A stretch of 32,000 nt of DNA from Pyrinomonadaceae bacterium. GTDB taxonomy: Bacteria; Acidobacteriota; Blastocatellia; Pyrinomonadales; Pyrinomonadaceae. Each line of letters starts with the position of its first letter. Position 1 is the first letter of the stretch. The notes below the pieces were generated by a model. It was given only the letters and a program-made list of their open reading frames with translations. It had not been told where the DNA came from and searched no databases. Where the stretch lies: assembly GCA_019694395.1 (NCBI GenBank), contig JAIBCC010000002.1, forward strand, positions 30,330-62,329, in the 5' to 3' direction. This document shows positions 15,483 to 24,476 of the stretch, one piece after another. Both the position numbers and the translations under genes were made by a program.

Positions 15483-16610
15483 ATGAGTAAAAAAATCTTT
15501 ATTGCTGGCTCGGGCGGAATTGGTGAAGCCGCCGCTTTATTACTTCGTGAATGGTGTGAATTTGAAACCGAAATCTTTTTAGGCGATATATCCGAAAAAA
15601 GTTTACAAAAAGCCCAAAATTTTGTGGTTGAAAATTCCCAAAAAACTTCAAAGGTCGAAACAGTTTTGATGACCGATGAAATAAATGACTCAATGAAATC
15701 GGCTTTTTCTGGCTGTGACGTTTTGCTCGATTGTTCGCCGGGCGGACAAGCACCAAAAATGGCTCAATTTGCCAAAGAATTTAAAATGCACTACGCAAAT
15801 TTGACCGAATATGTCGCTGAAACCGACAAAATCATGCAATTGGCAAAAGATGCCGATACCGGATTTGTTCTGCAGACGGGTTTGGCTCCCGGTTTTATCA
15901 ATGTTTTGGCAATGTCTTTATATAAAAAGTTTGTTGAAAAATACGAAAACGAAACCGTGGAAAGAATCGGAATGAAAGTTGGAGCATTAACCGCTCACGC
16001 TCATCAACCTCATTTTTACGGGTTTACCTGGTCACCTATCGGAGTGGCGACCGAATATGTTAAGAATTCCAGAGTTATACGCAACTACAAAATTACTGAA
16101 AGACCGGCACTTTCTTCTCGTGAAACCATTGTTATCGGTGCCAGAACTTATGAAGCTGATTTGACTTCCGGCGGCGCGGCTGACCTTCCCGATTTCTTTG
16201 TCGGAAAAGCTAAAGCCCTTGATTATAAAACTTTGCGTTACGTTGGTCATTACGATTGGGTTGAATCTGTCATTAGAAAACTTCCTAAGGATGGGAATTT
16301 GCCGAACAAACTTCAAGACAAAATGCTCGAAGCAATTCCATCAGTTGAAGATGATTTGGTGTTGGTGCATTCTTCGGTGGATGGTTTTGACAGTAACGGA
16401 CGGCGCAGAATGATCGAAAAAGCATTTTATGTTCATCCATTAGAAATTAACGGAAAAGTTTTAAGAGCAATTCAAACAACAACCGCAACACCGCTTTTGG
16501 AATCAGCTATGATGCTTTTAACCGGGAATTACAAAGGTGTAGTTTTGCAAAGCCGGATCGAACCTAACAAATTTATGAAAGGCAATTTTGTCAGTCGGGT
16601 TTACCAATAA
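15483..16610 (+). CDS. saccharopine dehydrogenase-family NAD(P)-binding oxidoreductase
   Basis: N-terminal Rossmann motif (IFIAGSGGIGEAAA). GLAPGFINVLA segment typical of the Sacchrp_dh family. Confidence 0.65.
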   Translation: MSKKIFIAGSGGIGEAAALLLREWCEFETEIFLGDISEKSLQKAQNFVVENSQKTSKVETVLMTDEINDSMKSAFSGCDVLLDCSPGGQAPKMAQFAKEFKMHYANLTEYVAETDKIMQLAKDADTGFVLQTGLAPGFINVLAMSLYKKFVEKYENETVERIGMKVGALTAHAHQPHFYGFTWSPIGVATEYVKNSRVIRNYKITERPALSSRETIVIGARTYEADLTSGGAADLPDFFVGKAKALDYKTLRYVGHYDWVESVIRKLPKDGNLPNKLQDKMLEAIPSVEDDLVLVHSSVDGFDSNGRRRMIEKAFYVHPLEINGKVLRAIQTTTATPLLESAMMLLTGNYKGVVLQSRIEPNKFMKGNFVSRVYQ

Positions 16611-16613
16611 ACA

Positions 16614-16663
16614 ATCGGTCAATTTCGGTCAAATTGACGAGCCAATCAGTCTTTTTGACCGAT
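16614..16663. repeat. cluster of four TCGGTCAA/TTGACCGA half-sites (two direct, two inverted)
   Basis: ATCGGTCAA at 16614-16622. TTCGGTCAA at 16624-16632. ttgacga at 16634-16640. TTGACCGAT at 16655-16663, the exact reverse complement of the first. The cluster lies between the saccharopine dehydrogenase-family gene stop and the GGDEF gene. Confidence 0.45.
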
Positions 16664-16796
16664 AAAAATTTATTGATTTATTTTAATTAAATCTGTAAAT
16701 GTTTAGTTAAATTAAACTTACCCTAACCCCTTTTTTTTGGCACGAATATTGATTTAATAAAAGTCCCCCCTTCCCTGCCTCCAATTTAAACTATAT

Positions 16797-18083
16797 TTGT
16801 GTCTAATTATGATTTCCTTATCATTCTTTAATATCTTTGTTTCTAAAATTCGTTTCACGGGAACACAAAATGAAAGCCTTGAACGAATTGAATTCTTAAC
16901 CGCCATTGATAATTTTAGATTATCAAGTCTTCCCTATTTTCTTGGAGTTTCGGTTTTTACCGCTCTTAACCATAATGCCGGAAATCTAAAACTGGAATTA
17001 TTCTGGCTATTCACTTCATTCATTGTAAGGTCACTTTTTCAATTCTTTTACCGTCGGATTCAACAATCCCTGTTGAATGAGAATTCTGATTTTGCTCTAT
17101 TAAAATTGATCATTCAGACATCAGCAATTTTATATGGAATTTTTTGGGGCTCAACAATTTTCTTTTTTCATCCTGCAATTGAACAATTTAATTTCAACTC
17201 CTTCTTAATTTTAGTGGTTTGCTTAATTGCAGTAATTTCAAACTACGGCTTAATTTGTCTTCCCCGCTCCGATCTATTTTTGTTGTTTGCTATCGCGGTG
17301 GGAATTACCTCAATATCCCCGGCTTTGACTTATGACCTTAATAACTCATATTTGGCTGCTCTTGGATTTACAATTTTTATTTCTGTTCAAACCTTCTATT
17401 CCATCAGGCTAAAAGGCAAATTCGACGAACAAATTTTGTTAAAAATGCAAAACCAGGAATTGGTCAACTCATTGGAAGAAAATCGAGCCAAAATGAACCA
17501 AAATATTAAAGTTCTGGAGGATTTATCACTTCACGATGATTTGACTCAACTTCCAAACCGCCGTTTTTTAATGAACAAATTTTTAAACTCCAGGCTGGAA
17601 TCCGAAGATGAAACCGAATTTAGTTTAATGATTTTGGATTTGGACAATTTCAAAACCATAAATGACAGATTCGGACATCTGGTCGGGGACAAAGTTTTGA
17701 TCAAAGTTGCAGCTATTTTGAAGAATTCCATTCGCGGAACAGATTGTGCGGCACGGGTTGGCGGCGAAGAATTTGTAATTTTTTTGCCAAATTCCAAACA
17801 AAATGAAGCTCTGTTGGTGGCGGAAAGAATTCGTCAAACCATTCAAAATCAAATATTTTTAGATACCAAAAACCAGCCTTTTCAAATAACAACTTCAATT
17901 GGCTTAGCAGAATCAGTTATAAATTCCGATTTAACAAATGTTTTTCAAAAAGCAGATACAGCACTTTATGAAGCCAAACAGGAAGGTAAAAACAGGATCA
18001 AAATTGCAACTGAAACGGATTTTGATTTTTCACTGAATCAATCAATTGCATCCCTTTCGGAAATTAACAAATTTCTAAATTAA
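16797..18083 (+). CDS. membrane-anchored diguanylate cyclase (multi-TM N-terminal domain, coiled coil, GGDEF domain)
   Basis: Active site GGEEF with an RxxD I-site five residues upstream (RGTDCAARVGGEEF). The guanine-specifying KTINDRFGHLVGD segment is canonical. The start is uncertain: TTG 16797 or ATG 16809. Confidence 0.85.
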   Translation: MCLIMISLSFFNIFVSKIRFTGTQNESLERIEFLTAIDNFRLSSLPYFLGVSVFTALNHNAGNLKLELFWLFTSFIVRSLFQFFYRRIQQSLLNENSDFALLKLIIQTSAILYGIFWGSTIFFFHPAIEQFNFNSFLILVVCLIAVISNYGLICLPRSDLFLLFAIAVGITSISPALTYDLNNSYLAALGFTIFISVQTFYSIRLKGKFDEQILLKMQNQELVNSLEENRAKMNQNIKVLEDLSLHDDLTQLPNRRFLMNKFLNSRLESEDETEFSLMILDLDNFKTINDRFGHLVGDKVLIKVAAILKNSIRGTDCAARVGGEEFVIFLPNSKQNEALLVAERIRQTIQNQIFLDTKNQPFQITTSIGLAESVINSDLTNVFQKADTALYEAKQEGKNRIKIATETDFDFSLNQSIASLSEINKFLN

Positions 18084-18136
18084 TATTGAGATGTTCTGAA
18101 ATCTTCTTTTTAATGCCATAATGTCCGGTAGAAAAT

Positions 18137-18778
18137 ATGAAAATTGTTTGCCTTTCCGATACGCACAATTGTAACGAAAATATTGAAGTTCCCGATGGAG
18201 ACATTTTACTTCACGCGGGCGATGCAACTGTGCGCGGAACTATTTTTGAAATCAACCAGTTTGCAAATTGGTTTACTTCACTTCCACATAAACATAAAAT
18301 TTTTGTTGCCGGAAATCACGATTGGCTCTTTGAAAATGATAATGCTTTGGCACGAATGTTAATCAGCCAAGTTTCCTATTTACAAGATTCTTTTATTGAA
18401 ATTGAGGGCTTAAAAATTTATGGAAGTCCCTGGCAGCCAAGATTCTACGATTGGGCTTTTAATCTAAATCGAGGTGCGGAATTGGCGGAAAAATGGAAAC
18501 AGATTCCGCTTAATACGGATATTTTAATTACACATGGTCCGCCAAATGGAATTTTAGATGAGGTTCCCCGAAAATATTCGATTGAAAATACCGGTTGCGA
18601 AGAATTGCGAAAACGGGTGGAAACCCTGGCAGAATTCGGTAATCTAAAACTTCATCTTTTTGGACACATTCATTGCGGTTATGGTCAAATGGAAAAATTT
18701 GGAGTTAAATTTGTTAATGCTTCAAATTGTGATGAAGAATATAATCCCACCCAACCCCCGATTATTGTTGAGATTTGA
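18137..18778 (+). CDS. calcineurin-like metallophosphoesterase
   Basis: Motifs DTH (LSDTHN), GD (HAGD), GNHD, and GH...H (FGHIHCG). Confidence 0.8.
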   Translation: MKIVCLSDTHNCNENIEVPDGDILLHAGDATVRGTIFEINQFANWFTSLPHKHKIFVAGNHDWLFENDNALARMLISQVSYLQDSFIEIEGLKIYGSPWQPRFYDWAFNLNRGAELAEKWKQIPLNTDILITHGPPNGILDEVPRKYSIENTGCEELRKRVETLAEFGNLKLHLFGHIHCGYGQMEKFGVKFVNASNCDEEYNPTQPPIIVEI

Positions 18779-18783
18779 TTTTT

Positions 18784-19215
18784 TTATTCAATAATTTGAA
18801 AATCGTCAGCCCGATCTAAATTAATCAAAATAGTTTTCAATTTTTCCGGTGGAGCTATTAATTTTCTTTCCCTCAAATCAAGCCAACCGACCAAACTCGA
18901 AACTGTTGCGGAGATTTTTTCATTATTTTTATAGAAAATGTTTCGGATTTTCCAAAAACGATTGTCAGTTGAAAAACCCGCAATTAACAATTTAACTGTA
19001 AATTGTTCTAATAAATGGACTTCTTTGAAATATTCAATTTCATCTTTCAAAACTACAGGACCAAAATTTTGTTTTCTAAATTCGGACATGGGAAACCCGT
19101 TCGCCTCAAAATAGAGCATTCTCGTAGTCGCCGAAAAGTCTAAATATGCCGTGTTTCTTAAATGAGCGTTAAAATCCATATCGCCCCAACCGGCTTGAAA
19201 AGTTTGTGAAAACAT
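18784..19215 (-). CDS. hotdog-fold acyl-CoA thioesterase (4HBT/YbgC-like)
   Basis: N-terminal GDMDFNAHLRNTAYLDF, a DxNxHxxNxxY-type catalytic motif. About 140 aa. Confidence 0.65.
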   Translation of the reverse strand: MFSQTFQAGWGDMDFNAHLRNTAYLDFSATTRMLYFEANGFPMSEFRKQNFGPVVLKDEIEYFKEVHLLEQFTVKLLIAGFSTDNRFWKIRNIFYKNNEKISATVSSLVGWLDLRERKLIAPPEKLKTILINLDRADDFQIIE

Positions 19216-19337
19216 AATTTGAAATTATTCACCAAATTTAGCTCTATTAGCAAAAATAAATCATATATTCTTAAAATAAATTACCCCAAATTTTAATTTT
19301 AAATTCCAATGCGTTAAAATTCATTCTTTGCAAATAA

Positions 19338-20210
19338 ATGGACGAAAACCGTAATCAACAAATAGATTTAAAATCGCACACTGCCTTAGTGCCGACTAAA
19401 GAGGAAATTTCAGTTCTTTCCTTAACTGAAAAAATCGGCTTTAAACTCACCCATCGAATGAATCAGGGAATTTGGAAAAAATTCTGGACATTTTGCCAAC
19501 GCCATATCGGTTCACTTTGGATAAAAATTTCGACTTACAATTTAATGAATGTTTTCGGAATCGAAGTTATCAACAAATCAAACTTTAATCGCCCCCTTTT
19601 GCTGGTAGCAAATCATCGCTCATTTTTCGATATGTATGTTGTTTCCTCAGTAATGTTCCGCCAAACGAGACATCCGATGACACTCTTCTTTCCGGTCCGT
19701 GCCAAATTTTTTTACGATAATTTGATTGGTTGGTTCGTCAATTTAGTAATGGGTTGGTGGTCAATGTATCCGCCTTTTTTTCGTGAAGCAAAGGAAGCCA
19801 AAAAACGCGAGTTTGATAAGTTTTCCCTGCGCCGTTTAACCCAAATTTGTTCAGTTGGTTATGGTCACGTGATCGGATTTCACCCCGAAGGAAAACGAAA
19901 TTTAAATGAAAGTCCATATGATTTTTTGCCCGCTCAACCGGGAGTCGGCGCAGTCATTATGAAAGCCAAACCGCAAGTAATCCCAGTATTCATTGCCGGA
20001 TTAGGAAATGATCTGCCAAAACAGATTTTGGGAAATTGGACAGGTGGTGAAAAAGTTCGGATTTGGTTCGGTGAACCGGTGGAGCTTTCTGCCTTTTATG
20101 AAAAAGGTGATCGGTTACGCACACATAAAGAAATTGCTGACTTCCTGATGACTAAAATTGGTGAATTGGGTGAAAAGGACAAGGAATTTATGGCAAAAAA
20201 CATTAAATGA
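19338..20210 (+). CDS. lysophospholipid (1-acyl-glycerol-3-phosphate-type) acyltransferase, PlsC family
   Basis: HX4D motif (ANHRSFFD) and the FHPEGKR motif III. Confidence 0.75.
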   Translation: MDENRNQQIDLKSHTALVPTKEEISVLSLTEKIGFKLTHRMNQGIWKKFWTFCQRHIGSLWIKISTYNLMNVFGIEVINKSNFNRPLLLVANHRSFFDMYVVSSVMFRQTRHPMTLFFPVRAKFFYDNLIGWFVNLVMGWWSMYPPFFREAKEAKKREFDKFSLRRLTQICSVGYGHVIGFHPEGKRNLNESPYDFLPAQPGVGAVIMKAKPQVIPVFIAGLGNDLPKQILGNWTGGEKVRIWFGEPVELSAFYEKGDRLRTHKEIADFLMTKIGELGEKDKEFMAKNIK

Positions 20211-20395
20211 ACCTCTAAAAACCCATTCTTTTGCTTTCCAATTTCAAGGAAGTCTTGTTAATAAATAGTTAATTCTACTTATTTCAAAAGTAAAATCTGT
20301 AGTCATAAATTTTAAATACCTTGAATTGTATAGAAATTCTGCCATAATACGCTTAGAACTCCGCAATAATTTTTTGTTGTGTCGTTCCTAACATT

Positions 20396-22051
20396 ATGAA
20401 ACTTTTGAAAATTAACTTCTTTTTCGTTTTCCTTTTTATTTCTGTAATTAACATTTTTGGTCAAACACCTCGGGTTCGCACTTTTGATGCTCAACATTAC
20501 ATAATTCGTTCAAGTTTTGACCGCAAAAACAAAATTTTCTATGGTGATGTAACCGTTCAGGTCAAACCTTTGACCGATAATTTCAACAAATTGGTTTTAG
20601 ATTCGGTTGGAATGAAATTTCAATCAGTGACTCTCGAACCAACCGGAACAACTCTTGATTACAAACAAACTGCTGATAAAGTTACCGTTATATTGGATAA
20701 ATCTTTTTCACAAAATGATTTAGTTTCGGTGAGATTCAAATATTCCTCGCAAACTCCTAAAAAAGGCGTTTATTTTGTTGATGAAGAAAAGGCAGATGGA
20801 AAAGTTTTACATTCGTCTCAGGTTTGGACGCAAGGCGAAGCAGAAGAAGCCCGTTATTGGTTTCCCAGCTATGATTTCCCGGATGATAAGGCGACAACCG
20901 AACAATATATAACAATTCCAAATGATGAAGTTGCAATTGCTAATGGCGAACTTTTGGAAAAAACCGAAAACTCTGATGGAACAACCACTTTCCATTACAA
21001 AATGCCCGTTGTTCATTCCGTTTATTTAACTTCTTTTGTAGTTGGAAAATACGTCAAAGTTGAAGGAAAATACAAAAATATTCCACTCGGCTATTATGTT
21101 TATCCGGGTAAGGAAAATATAGTTGAAAAAGCCTATGGCAAAACCCCCGATATGATGCGGGTTTACGAAGAATTAACCGGAATTGATTTTCCATACAATA
21201 AATATGACCAAACGATTGTTGCCCGTTTTAATTTCGGCGGAATGGAAAACATTACGGCAACCACAATGGCTGATACCGAAATTATGTTTGGATTGTTCAG
21301 CCCGGATATTGCGGTGGATCTTGTGTCACACGAACTTGCACATTCCTGGTTCGGTGATCTGGTCACAACCAAGGATTGGTCTAACCTTTGGTTGAATGAA
21401 GGATTTGCAACTTTTATGGAAGCTGCCTATCGTGAAAAATCTAATGGGCGAGCCGATTACTTACGAAAAGTCCGCGAAGATGCAGCACAATATATGGCGG
21501 AGGATTCTTATTCCAATTCAAGACATCCCCTCATGCGTCCGAATCCACCCACCGATGACTCGCTTTTTGATACTACGACCTATCAAAAAGGCGGTGCAGT
21601 TATACATACACTGAGAGAAGAAGTTGGAACTGAAAACTTTTGGAAAGCAATTAACATTTACCTGAATCGTCACAAATTTGACAATGTAGTCACGGAAGAT
21701 TTGAAAAGGGCAATGCAAGAAGTTTCTGGTAAAGACCTTTCCTGGTTTTTCGATCAATGGGTTTATAAAGCTGGATTTCCTAAATTAATAATCACTCAGG
21801 TTTACAATCAAACTAAAAAACGACTGACTCTCAATATTACCCAGTCCCAAAAGATAGATTCAATTACTCCGTCAGCTTTTATTTTGCCAATGGAGTTGGA
21901 AATTCAGACCGCAAAAGGAACTAAAACTGAAAAAATTCAAATTAATAAACGTAGTCAAACTATCAATTTACAGGTTGATTCTAAACCAGTTAAAGTAATT
22001 TTCGATAAGGATGAAAAGATACCGTTAAAGAATTTGAGAGTTATTAAATAA
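20396..22051 (+). CDS. secreted M1-family aminopeptidase
   Basis: Signal peptide MKLLKINFFFVFLFISVINIFGQ. GGMEN exopeptidase motif. HELAHSWFGD...WLNEGFATF zinc site. Confidence 0.85.
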   Translation: MKLLKINFFFVFLFISVINIFGQTPRVRTFDAQHYIIRSSFDRKNKIFYGDVTVQVKPLTDNFNKLVLDSVGMKFQSVTLEPTGTTLDYKQTADKVTVILDKSFSQNDLVSVRFKYSSQTPKKGVYFVDEEKADGKVLHSSQVWTQGEAEEARYWFPSYDFPDDKATTEQYITIPNDEVAIANGELLEKTENSDGTTTFHYKMPVVHSVYLTSFVVGKYVKVEGKYKNIPLGYYVYPGKENIVEKAYGKTPDMMRVYEELTGIDFPYNKYDQTIVARFNFGGMENITATTMADTEIMFGLFSPDIAVDLVSHELAHSWFGDLVTTKDWSNLWLNEGFATFMEAAYREKSNGRADYLRKVREDAAQYMAEDSYSNSRHPLMRPNPPTDDSLFDTTTYQKGGAVIHTLREEVGTENFWKAINIYLNRHKFDNVVTEDLKRAMQEVSGKDLSWFFDQWVYKAGFPKLIITQVYNQTKKRLTLNITQSQKIDSITPSAFILPMELEIQTAKGTKTEKIQINKRSQTINLQVDSKPVKVIFDKDEKIPLKNLRVIK

Positions 22052-22070
22052 GAGTTTTAACCTAAACAAC

Positions 22071-22105
22071 AAAAGTTCCGCTACACATTGCAGCGGAACT
22101 TTTTC
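22071..22105. terminator. bidirectional intrinsic terminator
   Basis: A 9-bp perfect stem pairs agttccgct (22074-22082) with agcggaact (22092-22100). An A-run lies 5' and a T-run 3', so a U-tract follows the hairpin on either strand. It sits 20 nt after the M1 peptidase stop. Confidence 0.7.
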
Positions 22106-22341
22106 TTTGAGACGACAAGAAACGTTGAAAAATACAAGGGCGCAAAGCAACACGCGGGTCGCGCCAAAAACGGCAGAACTTTATGTGTCCTTCTTCACCA
22201 TAGCCTACGAGGTTAGCTGTCGGGCTAGGAAAGAAGAAGTTTCCCGCGTTTCTCAACGCTACGCCCCTGTTTAGTAAAACTAAACTTTGGTTCCCCCGTG
22301 CTGCGCTTTAATAGGCACAACTTCGGCGACAACTTTTCAAC
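22106..22341 (-). ncRNA. candidate structured non-coding RNA of unknown class (possibly 6S-like rod, or a structured 3' UTR of the ctaB operon)
   Basis: About 50% G+C by hand count, against AT-rich intergenic DNA elsewhere. Long-range helices read on the minus strand: 22341-22332 with 22133-22124 (10 bp), and 22306-22294 with 22158-22142 (13 bp with bulges). Internal hairpins: 22285-22269; 22239-22233 with 22196-22190; 22227-22223 with 22205-22201. G-U pairs in the two long helices would be C-A mismatches on the plus strand. No credible ORF. Confidence 0.45.
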
Positions 22342-22347
22342 AAATGA

Positions 22348-22376
22348 ACTATAACAAATTTTTTTTGATAAATTAA
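22348..22376 (-). promoter_or_regulatory. candidate extended -10 promoter for the ncRNA (TTAATT, 17-nt spacer, TGtTATAGT)
   Basis: The minus strand reads ttaatt (22376-22371), then a 17-nt spacer ending in tgt, then tatagt (22353-22348). The predicted TSS near 22341 coincides with the first base of the outermost helix. Confidence 0.35.
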
Positions 22377-22382
22377 TGAAAA

Positions 22383-22829
22383 TTATCGGCTCGGATAAAG
22401 TTGGTAAAGTAGCAAATAAACAACAACTCCAGTCACTGAAACATATAGCCAAACGGGAAAAACCACCCTTGCAAATTTTTTGTGAATCTCAAATTGTCCT
22501 TTCAAAGCTTTGTAAAAAATAAAAGGAATGGCAGGTGCCACTACTGCGGCTAAAATGGTATGAGTGGCTAAAATCGTAAAATAAATCGGTCGTATGATGC
22601 CTTCGCCTGTAAATTTGGTAGGACCTAATCCGAAGTAATAAGTGCGGATTGAATGATGAATTAAATAACAGAAAAGAAATATAGATGATGACACAACCGC
22701 CGACACCATACAAACCCGATGTTTTTGGATTTCTTTATTTTTAATAAAGTAAAATCCAAATATTAAAAGAACTCCGCTAAAAGCGTTTAATGTAGCGTTA
22801 AGATGCGGAAAGATTTCTAAAAGTTGCAC
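22383..22829 (-). CDS. DUF420 membrane protein (CtaM-like cytochrome oxidase accessory factor)
   Basis: Four TM helices. HLNATLNAFSGVLL...HRVCM...LIHH pattern typical of DUF420. GTG start. Located directly downstream of the cox subunit III-like gene. Confidence 0.75.
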   Translation of the reverse strand: MQLLEIFPHLNATLNAFSGVLLIFGFYFIKNKEIQKHRVCMVSAVVSSSIFLFCYLIHHSIRTYYFGLGPTKFTGEGIIRPIYFTILATHTILAAVVAPAIPFIFYKALKGQFEIHKKFARVVFPVWLYVSVTGVVVYLLLYQLYPSR

Positions 22830-22847
22830 TATCCAAACCCCTTGTTC

Positions 22848-23576
22848 CTATTTATAAAAACCTAATAATAAAAATAAAATGCCCCACAAGATACCCATAA
22901 AATGCCAATACCAACCCACTACTTTAGCAAACCATTGGCGTTTTAGGAGCTCTTCGTCCTCCAAAGTCACATTTTGGGTTTTCAGAACAATATAAACCAA
23001 TGAAATAATTCCCCCGAAAACGTGAAATGCGTGTATTGAAGTTAAAATATAAAAAAGTCCGGCAAATGAATTCCCGGTGGCGTAATAGCCCAGATTTACC
23101 AAATTAAACCAGGCTAAAACCTGTGATGCAATAAAAACCGCCCCAACTACAGCCGTAATCAAAAACCATTTTCGGGCTTTGATTTGATTTCCCTGAAACA
23201 GACTTTTTTTTGCCAACTCGTAATCAATACTGCTGACAATAATTAGACCCGTGCTGATCCAAAGTTGGAAAGGTAAACTAAATGGTCGCCATTCGAGAGC
23301 CTGATTTGTCGCCAAAACAATGTAGGTGCCGATCAAGGCGCCAAAAGTCATTAATACAACCAACAGAATTAATCCCATTCCAACCCGATATTTATCAGGC
23401 TTAAAGGATTCAATATCCTCATTTTTTTCATCGGAACGGTCATCTCCGCCACCGCCGCCACCACCGCGTTTGCCGTTATTTGAACCATTTCCTCCGCTTA
23501 ACTTTTGCGGAGGTCGTTTTTTCTTTTTGTTTGGTTCAGATTCTAATTCTTCGACTGTTCCGACTTTTAATTCCAT
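22848..23576 (-). CDS. heme-copper oxidase subunit III-like protein with a charged, Gly-rich N-terminal extension of about 60 aa
   Basis: C-terminal HAFHVFGG...WYWHFMGILWGILFLLL matches the subunit III signature. The N-terminus reads KKKKRPPQKLSGGNGSNNGKRGGGGGGGDDRSDEKNED. The ATG directly abuts the ctaB stop (TAGATG). Confidence 0.8.
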   Translation of the reverse strand: MELKVGTVEELESEPNKKKKRPPQKLSGGNGSNNGKRGGGGGGGDDRSDEKNEDIESFKPDKYRVGMGLILLVVLMTFGALIGTYIVLATNQALEWRPFSLPFQLWISTGLIIVSSIDYELAKKSLFQGNQIKARKWFLITAVVGAVFIASQVLAWFNLVNLGYYATGNSFAGLFYILTSIHAFHVFGGIISLVYIVLKTQNVTLEDEELLKRQWFAKVVGWYWHFMGILWGILFLLLGFYK

Positions 23577-24476
23577 CTAATGATTAACGACCATCAAACC
23601 AAAAATTAAAGGCAAATAAAGCACCGACACCAACAATAATCTTCTGGCAGATTTTTCTGTTTTCGAGCGGGCTGTTTTAATACTTTCCCACAAAAACCAC
23701 AGTCCTAAAATCGTTGCTCCAATCAAATAAGTTATTCCGGTTAAGCCGACAAAAAATGGAGCTAAACTAATTGGCAGCAACATTATCGAAAAAACAACAA
23801 TTTGCCGTGCCGTCATTTTGCCCGACGGTTCAACTACGGGCAGCATAAGGATTCCCGCCTTTTTATATTGCTCACGATACATCCACGCAATCGCCAAAAA
23901 ATGCGGAAACTGCCACAAAAAAAGTAATGCAAACAAAGCTAATGCTGGCACGGAAATTTCATTAGCCGCAGATGTCCAACCCATCAGCGGAGGCATTGCT
24001 CCGGGAATTGCACCAATTGCAGTTGATGCAGAAGTTCTGGTCTTTAAAGGTGTATAAAGCAAAACATAACCAACCACTACACTAACACCAAGTCCCGCAG
24101 TTAAAGGGTTTACAAAAAAGAAAAGATATACTTCCGCCAATAAAGTAACCACCAACCCAAAGATCAACGCTTCATTAGAGGTTACTTTTGCCATTGGCAA
24201 AGGTCTTTTGGCGGTTCGCTCCATTAATCCATCAATATTTCTCTCGATAAATTGATTTAATGTAGCAACTCCAAAAGCAAGTAATGTAATGCCCAACATC
24301 GAATTAACAAATAGCCAGACATCAAAAGTTTGCTTTATTCCAAGATAAAATCCAGCCGCTGCTGTCAAAACCAGCATAAAAGCAATTCGCGGTTTGGTCA
24401 GTTCAAGATAGGCGGAGGCTTTTTCTTTCAAACTTAAATCTCCAGATTGTTGTAATTCGGTTACTATGTTTTCCAT
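23577..24476 (-). CDS. ctaB: protoheme IX farnesyltransferase (heme O synthase)
   Basis: UbiA-family pattern with nine TM helices. NQFIERNIDGLMERTAKRPLP carries the Asp-rich motif. The context is a cox gene. Confidence 0.9.
   Translation of the reverse strand: MENIVTELQQSGDLSLKEKASAYLELTKPRIAFMLVLTAAAGFYLGIKQTFDVWLFVNSMLGITLLAFGVATLNQFIERNIDGLMERTAKRPLPMAKVTSNEALIFGLVVTLLAEVYLFFFVNPLTAGLGVSVVVGYVLLYTPLKTRTSASTAIGAIPGAMPPLMGWTSAANEISVPALALFALLFLWQFPHFLAIAWMYREQYKKAGILMLPVVEPSGKMTARQIVVFSIMLLPISLAPFFVGLTGITYLIGATILGLWFLWESIKTARSKTEKSARRLLLVSVLYLPLIFGLMVVNH

Noticed and set aside
16741-16748. Solitary cacgaata resembling the cassette octamer, and cacgaat pairs at 2115-2134
   Set aside because: These are single or coding occurrences. 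At 2115-2134 they are His-Glu codons of the HExxH motif. Both are expected by chance for a 7-mer in 32 kb and are not phased arrays.
16797-18778. GGDEF cyclase followed by a metallophosphoesterase as a possible cyclic-nucleotide defence or signalling pair
   Set aside because: The GGDEF domain has canonical c-di-GMP specificity residues and an I-site. The phosphoesterase is a generic calcineurin-like enzyme separated by 53 nt. Nothing beyond adjacency supports a functional link.
22106-22341. Assignment of the structured region to tmRNA, RNase P RNA, SRP RNA, or a cobalamin, SAM-I or TPP riboswitch
   Set aside because: None of the signatures is visible on either strand. Missing are the tmRNA acceptor/T-arm (GGUUCGAAUCC...CCACCA), the RNase P GAGGAAAGUCC, the SRP GGAAGGAAGCAGC, the B12 box and the THI-box. 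There is also no downstream gene for a riboswitch to control.
22062-22452. Minus-strand ORFs 22062-22256 (64 aa) and 22225-22452 (75 aa)
   Set aside because: They lie in the structured GC-rich non-coding region or overlap the DUF420 3' end out of frame. They have no RBS, and the products are Cys/Arg/Ser-rich and nonsense-like.
23326-23580. Plus-strand ORF of 84 aa with a poly-Pro run
   Set aside because: It is antisense to the Gly-run of the cox subunit III-like gene and is an artefact of the GGN/CCN repeat.
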